A program made the translations under genes and the position numbers. Below are positions 30,961 to 39,148 of a stretch of DNA of 64,000 bases, in pieces. The notes beneath the pieces were generated by a model. The model was given only the letters and a program-made list of their open reading frames with translations, did no database searches and was not told the origin of the DNA. Position 1 is the first letter of the stretch. Each line of letters starts with the position of its first letter. Source of the stretch: a virus (Duplodnaviria > Heunggongvirae > Uroviricota > Caudoviricetes); IMG/VR virus record IMGVR_UViG_3300021979_000001, positions 322,948 through 386,947 of that record. One strand, 5' to 3'.

Positions 30961-31516
30961 ATTCAAGAACACTGATCACCGGCACCGCATCATATGCTAG
31001 CTGTAACAAACAAATGTCAGTCATCCGTTCACACGATAGATAAAAATGATTGCGTTTGTGCCCATAAAAAACATATCGGCCAAGCAACTGCTCATTCAAC
31101 ACACTGATAACCATCTTGTGTTTTTTTGGGGCAACGATAGGTTTGGGTAAATTGCTATTATCCATGATATTAGTATATTTTATACTCACGTTATATAATT
31201 TGCCATTCTCATTTTTATCCCAACCTGGGAAATTTTGATTGACAAGGGCGGTATATATGTAACTTGTCGGGTATATGGTTTGCTCAAATACATTTGGTAA
31301 CCACAATTGATTATCATCCGCTACCGTAGGTGATGTATTATCAATCACGGTTTGTGATTTAGTGCTATAAATAAACGTCGTGTCAAATGGCAACCATAGC
31401 TGATCTGGATCGTATACGTTATCTAATATAATAATACCGCCTACAGAGGTAATATCATAAATGCGACGGGATTTTCCGTCCAATTTGATCAATGAAATTG
31501 TGGTTTTCATTGCCAT
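30959..31516 (-). CDS. Family B protein (paired QLxLxF-like motifs)
   Basis: YDPDQLWLPF, NQLWLPN, FPGWDKNENG. Confidence 0.8.
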   Translation of the reverse strand: MAMKTTISLIKLDGKSRRIYDITSVGGIIILDNVYDPDQLWLPFDTTFIYSTKSQTVIDNTSPTVADDNQLWLPNVFEQTIYPTSYIYTALVNQNFPGWDKNENGKLYNVSIKYTNIMDNSNLPKPIVAPKKHKMVISVLNEQLLGRYVFYGHKRNHFYLSCERMTDICLLQLAYDAVPVISVLE

Positions 31517-32061
31517 TCATCCAAGTTTTTTTCCAAATCGCCGTTGCTGTCTATTAACGTAACCATCACATATGCATCATAATGCGAGAATACCGCAACA
31601 GTGACGCAACTGTTTGTGGTATGATTTAATAGCATATATCGCCCAGGGGCGTTATCAGAAAACCATTTTCTAAAAAGGTCAACATACATGGCAGAAAGAT
31701 GTATCTCTGCCTGATATAGTATTCCGTTACTATCGCGATCCCAACACGGATAATTATGTTGTGTTAAATCAAATTGCTCACATCCGATAACTTGGCAAAA
31801 CTCTGAAAAAGGTAATTGATACTGTTGTGCATTATCACAATAATTATACATTTGTTTAGTTAGTGGTTTGATACGATGCTCCCTATTTTTTCGGCTCATA
31901 CGACCCTCCCTATTTTTTCGGCTCACATGCCGCTCATATTCACCGTCGTTATTATAGGTATCCGTCTCAACTACCAACTTATTAACATAAATAAATGTTG
32001 TTTCAAATGGTAACCATAGCTGACCTGGATCATATACGTGATCCAATAGTAACACAACCAT
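31507..32061 (-). CDS. Family B protein
   Basis: YDPGQLWLPF, QYQLPF, YPCWDRDSNG; internal 27-bp tandem duplication. Confidence 0.8.
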   Translation of the reverse strand: MVVLLLDHVYDPGQLWLPFETTFIYVNKLVVETDTYNNDGEYERHVSRKNREGRMSRKNREHRIKPLTKQMYNYCDNAQQYQLPFSEFCQVIGCEQFDLTQHNYPCWDRDSNGILYQAEIHLSAMYVDLFRKWFSDNAPGRYMLLNHTTNSCVTVAVFSHYDAYVMVTLIDSNGDLEKNLDEWQ

Positions 32062-32111
32062 TCGACGATACCTTCGTTATATTGGGTCTGATGTTATTGA
32101 TGTTATTGATG

Positions 32112-32708
32112 TTAATCAATTTCTGTTGTAGTGCAATACTCACTTAATACTTTCTTCAATACACCACTGCGTTCCAACAGTTGAACCATCATATACGTTT
32201 CTCTACGCGAGAACATGATTATGACATCATTTTGTTTGGTCTTGTTATGCGTGTTAATATAATATCGCCCTGATGCATTCACGACAAACCAGTATTTAAA
32301 CAACATGTAATCAGCACCAATGTTTATGGTCATCTGATATATATTGTCATCATCGTCCCGATCCCAACACGGATAATCACACCGCTTCAAATCGTAGTAT
32401 TCGGTATCGGAAATTTGACAAAATTCATCAAACCGCAATTGATATTGCTGGTTATTAGAATAAGAATACATAATATAAGTTAATGGTCTAATACGGGCGG
32501 TCGTCTGCGAAGGGCGTATATTATCCCGATAATATGATCTCAAATAAGACTTTTTGATCGGATAAAAAATAGTATGACCAAAATCTAACCACAATTGATT
32601 GTGGTCATACTCGTGCTGCAATGTAATCGATTTTGGTGCATATGCCATATATTCGTATTCAATCGAGATATATTCATTAATGTCCAATGCAGATTTCATA
32701 ACACTCAC
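32112..32708 (-). CDS. Family B protein
   Basis: YDHNQLWLDF, QYQLRF, YPCWDRD. Confidence 0.8.
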   Translation of the reverse strand: MSVMKSALDINEYISIEYEYMAYAPKSITLQHEYDHNQLWLDFGHTIFYPIKKSYLRSYYRDNIRPSQTTARIRPLTYIMYSYSNNQQYQLRFDEFCQISDTEYYDLKRCDYPCWDRDDDDNIYQMTINIGADYMLFKYWFVVNASGRYYINTHNKTKQNDVIIMFSRRETYMMVQLLERSGVLKKVLSEYCTTTEID

Positions 32709-32733
32709 TTCACCATTTTACCAAATGACATTG

Positions 32734-33372
32734 TTATTGGTCGTTACCGTATTCCGTAATGATTTCAATTATTTCCCCACCCCGAGATAACATATCTACC
32801 AAAACGAACGCGGCTTGATGTGAAAAATAACATATGTGTTTATCATTGTATTTAGTCAAATAAAACCTGCCTGGCGCATGATCAATAACCCATTTCTTAA
32901 ATTGGGTTAAATGCCGGTTGTCATTAAACGGCATTGTTATATTAAATATGTCGCCATTATTATCCCGATCCCATACGGGATAGTCATTTTTAGCAAGGAG
33001 CATGAACTCATAAAATTCCAACTCGCGAAATTCGTCAAATGGCAACAGATATTGTGGTTCAGTAGAATAACAATACATTCCCTTGTTTGTTGGGGTTATC
33101 AGATTATCATTTTGCTTCGGTTTAATATTCGAATTATGATACCGGTAAAACCGCTTTTTATATGAGTCGTCCAGTCGGTAGATTACGGCTACACCAAAGT
33201 CTAACCATAATTGATTATGATCATACCGATTATGCAATGTAATTGATTGTGGGATGAAAGCAACATGTTCGTCTTCAATCTCATAATCTCTAGGTTCGTT
33301 ATGACATATAATATCATCAAAAACCATGTCAGTTATATTGACGTATTCATGTATATCCAAAGCAGGTTTCAT
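32734..33372 (-). CDS. Family B protein
   Basis: YDHNQLWLDF, QYLLPF, YPVWDRDNNG. Confidence 0.8.
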   Translation of the reverse strand: MKPALDIHEYVNITDMVFDDIICHNEPRDYEIEDEHVAFIPQSITLHNRYDHNQLWLDFGVAVIYRLDDSYKKRFYRYHNSNIKPKQNDNLITPTNKGMYCYSTEPQYLLPFDEFRELEFYEFMLLAKNDYPVWDRDNNGDIFNITMPFNDNRHLTQFKKWVIDHAPGRFYLTKYNDKHICYFSHQAAFVLVDMLSRGGEIIEIITEYGNDQ

Positions 33373-33950
33373 AATGCAATCTTTACCATAATCATATCAC
33401 TGTATTTTTCGAACACGACGGTTTTTTGGGATTTCAGACTCCCATATTTACCATAACATACCCGGTCACATATAGAAAACAACCGGCTTGCGCCGCCATC
33501 AACCGATTTAAACGAAATGCCATAATAGTTACCATTTTCATCCTTTTCAAACAACGGAAAACCCACGATTGACATATTTGTTATGACCTTCGTGGATAGT
33601 CGCCGCCCGGTATCGAACGGTAGCAAATATTGATTTTGGTCTAATCCAATATTCGGATATAAACTATGGTGTTCTGGTGACAATTTTATTTTTTTATTGA
33701 TTTTGGTTTTCATTGATGCCAGTTTATTGTTTGCATTCCTGGCTTCGGATTTGGCTTTATTTATTTCTGCCCGCTTTTCTTTTGCGGTTAATGCTTTAGT
33801 GGAGGTAGATGCCTCAAAAATAGTCACATGACCAAAATCAAACCACATCTGGTTAATGTCATATGTATGGTTCAACCGAACGATTTTATTCGAACCGCAA
33901 GCAGTTGCAATATCGCGACTTATCATAATCGGATATTTATGCATCAGCAT
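33369..33950 (-). CDS. Family B protein
   Basis: YDINQMWFDF, QYLLPF, FPLFEKDENG. Confidence 0.8.
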   Translation of the reverse strand: MLMHKYPIMISRDIATACGSNKIVRLNHTYDINQMWFDFGHVTIFEASTSTKALTAKEKRAEINKAKSEARNANNKLASMKTKINKKIKLSPEHHSLYPNIGLDQNQYLLPFDTGRRLSTKVITNMSIVGFPLFEKDENGNYYGISFKSVDGGASRLFSICDRVCYGKYGSLKSQKTVVFEKYSDMIMVKIAL

Positions 33951-34476
33951 TAGTATCTCCCATCATTGATTTTATCTTCAACCAATCATTTTTGCACTTA
34001 AAGATAATTGTTGTCAACGATTTAAGTTTCATATTGCGCAAACTTAGTTTTTTATATTTGTTCGGTTTTTTACCAGGGTAATGTGAAAAATTATGTCGGC
34101 AATGTTCATGCGCTAATTTTTCAGTTACATTATTATTAGGTAACCAATAAAGTTCCCCTTGCGCACGATGGTCCCAACCTGGGAAACCTTTTGCCGAAAT
34201 GTCCCGCAATACTGTTTTATGACAAATCCGATATTCATAAAATGGCAATACGCCTTGATCATCAACCTGATATTTTTTGATATTTAAGGTTGGCGGCGGA
34301 CCATTGTGTTTGGGTGTTGTTGTTGTGTCATCGGTGGTCGTGTCATTAAGCAAGAAAAGAAAAACATGACCAAAATCAAACCATAACTGTTCTTTGGGAA
34401 AATAGCTGTCAAAATAAACGACATTCCCTGTCACATAATAATTGTTTTTGTCGCTGTTTAAATCTAATATCATCAC
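33937..34476 (-). CDS. Family B protein
   Basis: EQLWFDF, QGVLPF, FPGWDH. Confidence 0.8.
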   Translation of the reverse strand: MMILDLNSDKNNYYVTGNVVYFDSYFPKEQLWFDFGHVFLFLLNDTTTDDTTTTPKHNGPPPTLNIKKYQVDDQGVLPFYEYRICHKTVLRDISAKGFPGWDHRAQGELYWLPNNNVTEKLAHEHCRHNFSHYPGKKPNKYKKLSLRNMKLKSLTTIIFKCKNDWLKIKSMMGDTNADA

Positions 34477-34727
34477 AGACCAACCTATGGAACAATATTA
34501 TTTTTATAAGATGAAATGTTGATGCTGTCAACGAATTATAGTTGACAAAAAACATTTTACCTATAAATATTGTTGTATTGTTTAACTAAGGGGGTTTCGA
34601 TTTCTGATGCGACGCTCGATGCAGCAATGGCCGAATTATATTCCGTGCTAAAAGGATAACCAACACAACGAATAAGGCGGGTAAAATACACCGCCTTGTT
34701 TTTTAATTCATCGTTTGATAAAGAAAT

Positions 34728-34774
34728 TGATCGGAATGGAGGGGTTCGAACCCCCGGCCATTTGGTCCCAAAAC
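34728..34774 (-). pseudogene. 3'-half copy of tRNA-Pro (att-like remnant)
   Basis: Close match to 35189..35235 up to the anticodon loop, then diverges. Confidence 0.8.
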
Positions 34775-34786
34775 GGTAGTTTCATT

Positions 34787-35113
34787 ATGAACAAGTTTTC
34801 GATTGTCGATATTTGTGACTTCCACCGCGTGGAAAATCACCCAAAAACAAAATCATGGTATTGCGACCAACCAAAGATTGAACACATCAATCGGGTTCAG
34901 ACCATGACTGACACGAGCATAGAAAAACTTGTTTCGGTGTTTGGTGCGCCTGACCGTGCGCATCGAGCCAATTTTTGGTTTTTTGAAATTGATGATGTTG
35001 GCTTCATGATCAAATTGGATGCCACCGGGATGACTGTATCTATCAACAACCTTAGCATCGATGACAACAAATTGTTTTCGGTAATGGACGAACTGTATTC
35101 CCGGCTAAAATAG
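34787..35113 (+). CDS. Hypothetical protein between tRNA-Pro and its partial copy
   Basis: ORF opposite to local orientation; start trimmed to avoid the tRNA remnant. Confidence 0.55.
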   Translation: MNKFSIVDICDFHRVENHPKTKSWYCDQPKIEHINRVQTMTDTSIEKLVSVFGAPDRAHRANFWFFEIDDVGFMIKLDATGMTVSINNLSIDDNKLFSVMDELYSRLK

Positions 35114-35189
35114 ATGGTTCTTAAACACAAAAAAACAAGGCTGGTGAAAATTACCAGCCTTGTTTTTGTTTCATCATTTGATGAATGAT

Positions 35190-35266
<77 letters not shown>

Positions 35267-35309
35267 TTTGTTGCTCTCTTATATCGAATGGTGAAACTAT
35301 TGTCAACAT

Positions 35310-35690
35310 TTAGTTTTCGTGAATCGAAAAATATTCTGGTCCCAATGCTGAAATCAACACTACTTTTCCAGGTAACCCATGTGGATTGTTAAGTTCATCG
35401 ATAACCGAACTCCCTATTCCATCTTCTGGATCAACTCGTAGAAGATCAGTTGGGACATTTTTAACCTGGACTACGGTATTACATCCTTTTTCTTCGGCGA
35501 ACCATAATGCGTCGTCGCTGTCAGATGACAAATACAGATACCTGCTTTGGCCCATATTTGCCCCTTGCGCCCATGAACGCGGAGTCCACCCATTTTTAAT
35601 TAAATTTTCTGCACTATGAGAACATGTTCCATGATATAACACCGGGATAATCATGGTATTTTCTGATACTATATTGATAAAATCTCGCAT
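35310..35690 (-). CDS. Small ART-fold protein
   Basis: VLYHGT..NLIKNG..YLYLSS..A.WFA; MRDFINIVSE start; TAAATA upstream. Confidence 0.65.
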   Translation of the reverse strand: MRDFINIVSENTMIIPVLYHGTCSHSAENLIKNGWTPRSWAQGANMGQSRYLYLSSDSDDALWFAEEKGCNTVVQVKNVPTDLLRVDPEDGIGSSVIDELNNPHGLPGKVVLISALGPEYFSIHEN

Positions 35691-35754
35691 TATTATCCTA
35701 CGTTAACATGATGCGATTATTTATCTAATATTTCAGGTCAAAACAAAAAACGAA

Positions 35755-35830
35755 TGGTGCCGGGGAACGGATTTGAACCGCTGACACCCGCCGCTTCAAG
35801 ACGGTGTTCTACCAACTGAACTACCCCGGC
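35755..35830 (-). tRNA. tRNA-Phe(GAA)
   Basis: CCGTC-TTGAAGC-GGCGG anticodon arm. Confidence 0.9.
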
Positions 35831-35841
35831 ACAAAAAAAGA

Positions 35842-35916
35842 TGGTGTCCCCAACGGGATTTGAACCCGTGCTTTCACCTTGAAAGGGTGATGGCCTAACC
35901 ACTAGCCGATGGGGAC
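35842..35916 (-). tRNA. tRNA-Glu(UUC)
   Basis: Loop CT-TTC-AA, GTCCCC acceptor. Confidence 0.95.
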
Positions 35917-36242
35917 TATTCTGTTTTGATATATTTACGAATCTTTTTCCGCAAATCAAAAGTAAATGGTCGCTCGTTTTTCTCCAACAAATCTGTTACC
36001 AACGTAGAACATGTAATTCCGCATGAACGCAATGAAACGTCTTCACTTTTTGGTTTCCCAGTAGTAAAAACTCCGGTAATTTCTTCATTGTCAATATCAA
36101 CCACAAAAAAATCGCGATTTTTTACATCGTTGATGTTACGGCAAACAGAAGCGAACCCATGATTTCCAAATTTTTTCGGATTAAATTCAATAACAACATA
36201 TTCAGTCATACACACATTCCTTTGATTTGTTAATTTATACAT
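35916..36242 (-). CDS. Hypothetical protein
   Basis: ORF; AAGGA before MTEYVV. Confidence 0.6.
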   Translation of the reverse strand: MYKLTNQRNVCMTEYVVIEFNPKKFGNHGFASVCRNINDVKNRDFFVVDIDNEEITGVFTTGKPKSEDVSLRSCGITCSTLVTDLLEKNERPFTFDLRKKIRKYIKTE

Positions 36243-36273
36243 TATATATATAGTTAAACTGAATATATGTCAA

Positions 36274-36519
36274 TCAGAAAAAACGGTTTTTCTTTTCAAT
36301 AAAGTATTCCGTATCAGTATTGTAGGTCCAGGACAATATCAAATATTTGGTTCGACTTGCCTTTTTGATGCGATAGTGGATAAAGGTGTCGTCATTAAAC
36401 ACAGAAATTATTTGAAACCCGATCATTCGCAATACAGGATTACATATTACTTTCAGCAACGACCGATGATTTATGATCGATCCATCTTTTTGTTTACGAA
36501 TGATACCTAATTTTAGCAA
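36274..36519 (-). CDS. Hypothetical basic protein
   Basis: 81 aa, AGGA RBS before TTG. Confidence 0.55.
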   Translation of the reverse strand: MLKLGIIRKQKDGSIINHRSLLKVICNPVLRMIGFQIISVFNDDTFIHYRIKKASRTKYLILSWTYNTDTEYFIEKKNRFF

Positions 36520-36553
36520 TGATTTATCCTAAATAATGTAAAATGGATTTATC

Positions 36554-37018
36554 ATGAAATTACAAGACTTATTTGAAGCAGTAAGATATGGCCCGAAAGG
36601 TTGGTTTAATACCAATGATAAGACCTGGATTGAAATATCCGGTTACTGGCACCATTCATCGTTTGTTTGGAATCATCCAGACTTGTTTTCATGGAATGAT
36701 ATATTCGGATATTCACCCGAAGATTATTTAGAGCAATTTAACCTGGCTAATATGTTACCACCCGATTATGATGAAACGATTATCGAACCATTAATAGATC
36801 ATGGTTGGGTTCGAATGACTTCAACCATGCATTCCGATAACAATCTTAATGTTTATTTAGATGCCAAGTCTGACCAACCGGCACGAACCGCTATCCGTTA
36901 TATCATCCAGAAAATCATTTCATTTCGGGATATACACGATATTACCATTCAACTAAGTGATGGCCCCGCGCTTAAGTTTGACCAGAAAACCGTTATGGCT
37001 TATCTGCGCGGGAAATGA
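36554..37018 (+). CDS. Hypothetical late protein
   Basis: MKLQDLFEA start, TAAATA at 36530, H..GWVR motif. Confidence 0.7.
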   Translation: MKLQDLFEAVRYGPKGWFNTNDKTWIEISGYWHHSSFVWNHPDLFSWNDIFGYSPEDYLEQFNLANMLPPDYDETIIEPLIDHGWVRMTSTMHSDNNLNVYLDAKSDQPARTAIRYIIQKIISFRDIHDITIQLSDGPALKFDQKTVMAYLRGK

Positions 37019-37019
37019 A

Positions 37020-37095
37020 TGGAGAACCATGTCGGACTCGAACCGACGACACACAGATTAAGAGCCTGTTGTTCTAGCCGCTGAACTAATGGTTC
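37020..37095 (-). tRNA. tRNA-Lys(CUU)
   Basis: Loop CT-CTT-AA. Confidence 0.92.
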
Positions 37096-37109
37096 AATAT
37101 CAAAAAAGA

Positions 37110-37183
37110 TGGTAGCGGGTCCGGGCGACGACCCCGGCTAATCAACGTTATGAGCATTGATCCTTTCCCAGCGAAGCCCCGCC
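37110..37183 (-). tRNA. Atypical tRNA-Met(CAU)
   Basis: TCAATG-CTCATAA-CGTTGA arm, T-loop GTCGTCG, irregular D-arm, CCA. Confidence 0.65.
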
Positions 37184-37204
37184 AAAAACACACTCGTTGG
37201 TAAA

Positions 37205-37281
37205 TGGTGATCCTGGAAGGATTCAAACCTACAACCTTCGGTTTCGTAGACCGACGTTCTATTCAGTTGAACTACAGGATC
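37205..37281 (-). tRNA. tRNA-Arg(ACG)
   Basis: Loop CT-ACG-AA. Confidence 0.92.
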
Positions 37282-37288
37282 ATAAAGA

Positions 37289-37373
37289 TGGTAGTCGTAG
37301 GGAGACTCGAACTCCCATGGGAAACCCCACCGGAACCTAAATCCGGCGCGTATACCAATTCCGCCATACGACC
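37289..37373 (-). tRNA. tRNA-Leu(UAG)
   Basis: Loop TT-TAG-GT, long variable arm. Confidence 0.93.
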
Positions 37374-37384
37374 ATTACTTAATA

Positions 37385-37632
37385 GTCGATCTATACAGAT
37401 CGAAAAGGGGGTTGCGGACGCGTTGTATCGGGGACTTGCACCCAAGACTCCAATCAATTCATAAGACCGACTTAACTTATGAATAACGTGGATTCGAACC
37501 ACATTCTCTCTACCGGCATGCCATAAATGGTGGTAGGCAACTTACATACAACACTTACCCTCACGTTATATCAATTCTTGATTATGACTTAAACGTTATC
37601 ATCATAATCCATCCTATCAACTTCGATCAGGT
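37385..37632 (-). ncRNA. Putative multibranch RNA with two T-loop hairpins inside the tRNA array
   Basis: GTGTTGTAT/ATACAACGC closing stem; TGTGG-TTCGAAT-CCACG and GGG-TGCAAGT-CCC; ATTCATAAG/CTTATGAAT hairpin. Confidence 0.55.
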
Positions 37633-37653
37633 CAACTTATATTCTAATTTTAT

Positions 37654-37728
37654 TGGTGGAGCCAGTCGGATTTGAACCGACGACCCTTTGCTTGCAAAGC
37701 AAATGTTCTCCCGCTGAACTATGGCCCC
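37654..37728 (-). tRNA. tRNA-Ala(UGC)
   Basis: Loop TT-TGC-AA, G3:U70. Confidence 0.95.
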
Positions 37729-37754
37729 TATTTTCGTGTTTATTTAATCAAAAG

Positions 37755-37828
37755 TGGATGCCCCTGCTGGATTCGAACCCGCGCTAATGACGCCAAAAGC
37801 CATTGTTCTACCACTAAACTAAGGGGCA
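37755..37828 (-). tRNA. tRNA-Gln(UUG)
   Basis: ATGGC-TTTTGGC-GTCAT arm. Confidence 0.88.
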
Positions 37829-37880
37829 TTAATAATTACGTTATACTACATGATGTTAATTATTGTCAACATCTTTTTTA

Positions 37881-37954
37881 TGGCACGGGTGGAAGGATTC
37901 AAACCCTCACTAACAGTTTTGGAGACCGTTGTGCTATCATTACACCACACCCAT
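37881..37954 (-). tRNA. tRNA-Trp(CCA)
   Basis: Loop CT-CCA-AA, G73. Confidence 0.92.
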
Positions 37955-37968
37955 ATATCCATAATGAA

Positions 37969-38055
37969 TGGAGATAGTGACAGGATTCGAACCTGTGCGC
38001 GATAAAATCGTCCGGGGTTGCAATCCGGTGCAATCGACCACTCTGCCACACTATC
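37969..38055 (-). tRNA. tRNA-Cys(GCA) with long variable arm
   Basis: Loop TT-GCA-AC, U73, variable arm CGAT-TTT-ATCG, 87 nt. Confidence 0.85.
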
Positions 38056-38068
38056 ACCAGTAAAAAAT

Positions 38069-38155
38069 TGGAGGACCGGGTGAGATTCGAACTCACGCTG
38101 CGCTTTCGCGAACGGATTAAAAGCCCGCTGCCATCGACCGCTCGGCCACCGGTCC
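38069..38155 (-). tRNA. tRNA with Lys(UUU) anticodon and long variable arm
   Basis: GCGGG-CTTTTAA-TCCGT arm, variable arm CGC-GAAA-GCG, 87 nt. Confidence 0.85.
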
Positions 38156-38165
38156 TCAATAAAAA

Positions 38166-38250
38166 TGGTGGGAAGCCGTAGAATCGAACTACTCCCCTTT
38201 CGGGAACGGATTTACAGTCCGCGTGCTAAAACCATTAACTTTGACTTCCC
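38166..38250 (-). tRNA. tRNA-Tyr(GUA)
   Basis: Loop CT-GTA-AA, variable arm CCC-GAAA-GGG, irregular D-arm. Confidence 0.85.
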
Positions 38251-38488
38251 ATATAAAACAGAATTGGTTCCTTCAATTCATCAACAAAATTTATTTCAAG
38301 ATTAGTAACTTGGTTACAAATACCATATATGTAACTATAGCGGCATTTATGTTGGAACATGCCACTACCAGGCTTCACAACCCAGTTGCACCTTTTTTCC
38401 GCAATCATTGCATCCATCCAGTAACCCGCCCGTTCGAGAATGTTTTAGGTGTTTTCTCGCGACCTCGTTTCGCATACCACCAAGACAT

Positions 38489-38520
38489 AAAAAAACCCGG
38501 CGAAGTTTCCTTCTACCGGG
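38489..38520 (-). terminator. Intrinsic terminator/attenuator upstream of tRNA array
   Basis: CCCGGTAGAAG-GAAA-CTTCGCCGGG-TTTTTTT. Confidence 0.85.
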
Positions 38521-38554
38521 GAGTAAGATTATCAATTATGTGAAATTAGTCACA

Positions 38555-38704
38555 TCATTTGACAATAATCTCCCCATGGGCCAGATATTGCTCTTTCCAA
38601 TTGCGAGGCATAAAATACGCGCAAAGGTTTGCAGCAATACGCTGATTGCGTTTTGCTTCAAATTTTGCGTTATGTTTTATGCAATTCGACATTTGAAAGT
38701 TCAT
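38555..38704 (-). CDS. Putative leader peptide (45-49 aa)
   Basis: Short ORF after AAGGA whose last codons (GGGGAGATTAT) are complementary to the terminator 5' flank. Confidence 0.55.
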   Translation of the reverse strand: MNFQMSNCIKHNAKFEAKRNQRIAANLCAYFMPRNWKEQYLAHGEIIVK

Positions 38705-38936
38705 TCCTTGTTCAGATTTGTCTATGTAAGACACGTCATTGCGTCTCACACAAATATATTTATCAAAGTAATTTCTAAAATTCAACATATTTTTTCAATT
38801 TTATGCAAAAAAATTCAAAACCCTATGATTTCTGCGGGTTATAGAACGAAAAAAATGTCAACGACCGTTATTTTATAAACATTGTGCCCCACTGAAGAAC
38901 CTGGTGGAAATACCATCACTTGTTTTTATCATCATA

Positions 38937-39125
38937 TCACGGAGCAACGAAATCATCCCAATGACTAAACGCGTTTTCGGGCCAAGTATTAGTTTTAGTT
39001 CCGTCCAGCCATGGAGTAATTGGCCTAAAATCAGGGCGATATTCAATTGTTACGGGACAATTCCATATAACATGCCATGCAACAATTTTACGATTTCGCG
39101 GAACGGTATCAAATGGTTTCCACAC
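38937..39125 (-). CDS. Small DUF551-like phage protein
   Basis: WKPFDTVP..SHW; AAGGA RBS. Confidence 0.6.
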   Translation of the reverse strand: MWKPFDTVPRNRKIVAWHVIWNCPVTIEYRPDFRPITPWLDGTKTNTWPENAFSHWDDFVAP

Positions 39126-39148
39126 TACCGTGAATCCTTATTGTTTAG

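Noticed and set aside
31870-31927. 27-bp tandem repeat as a regulatory element
   Set aside because: It is an in-frame duplication (SRKNRE twice) in the variable linker of a family B gene.
35755-35830. tRNA-Ser(UGA) reading
   Set aside because: The correct 5-bp stem places GAA in the anticodon and the variable loop is short, so it is Phe.
37204-38159. ORFs called over the tRNA cluster (also 14447, 23174, 34715 5' part, 35189, 35738)
   Set aside because: They overlap well-formed tRNA genes and are translation artefacts.
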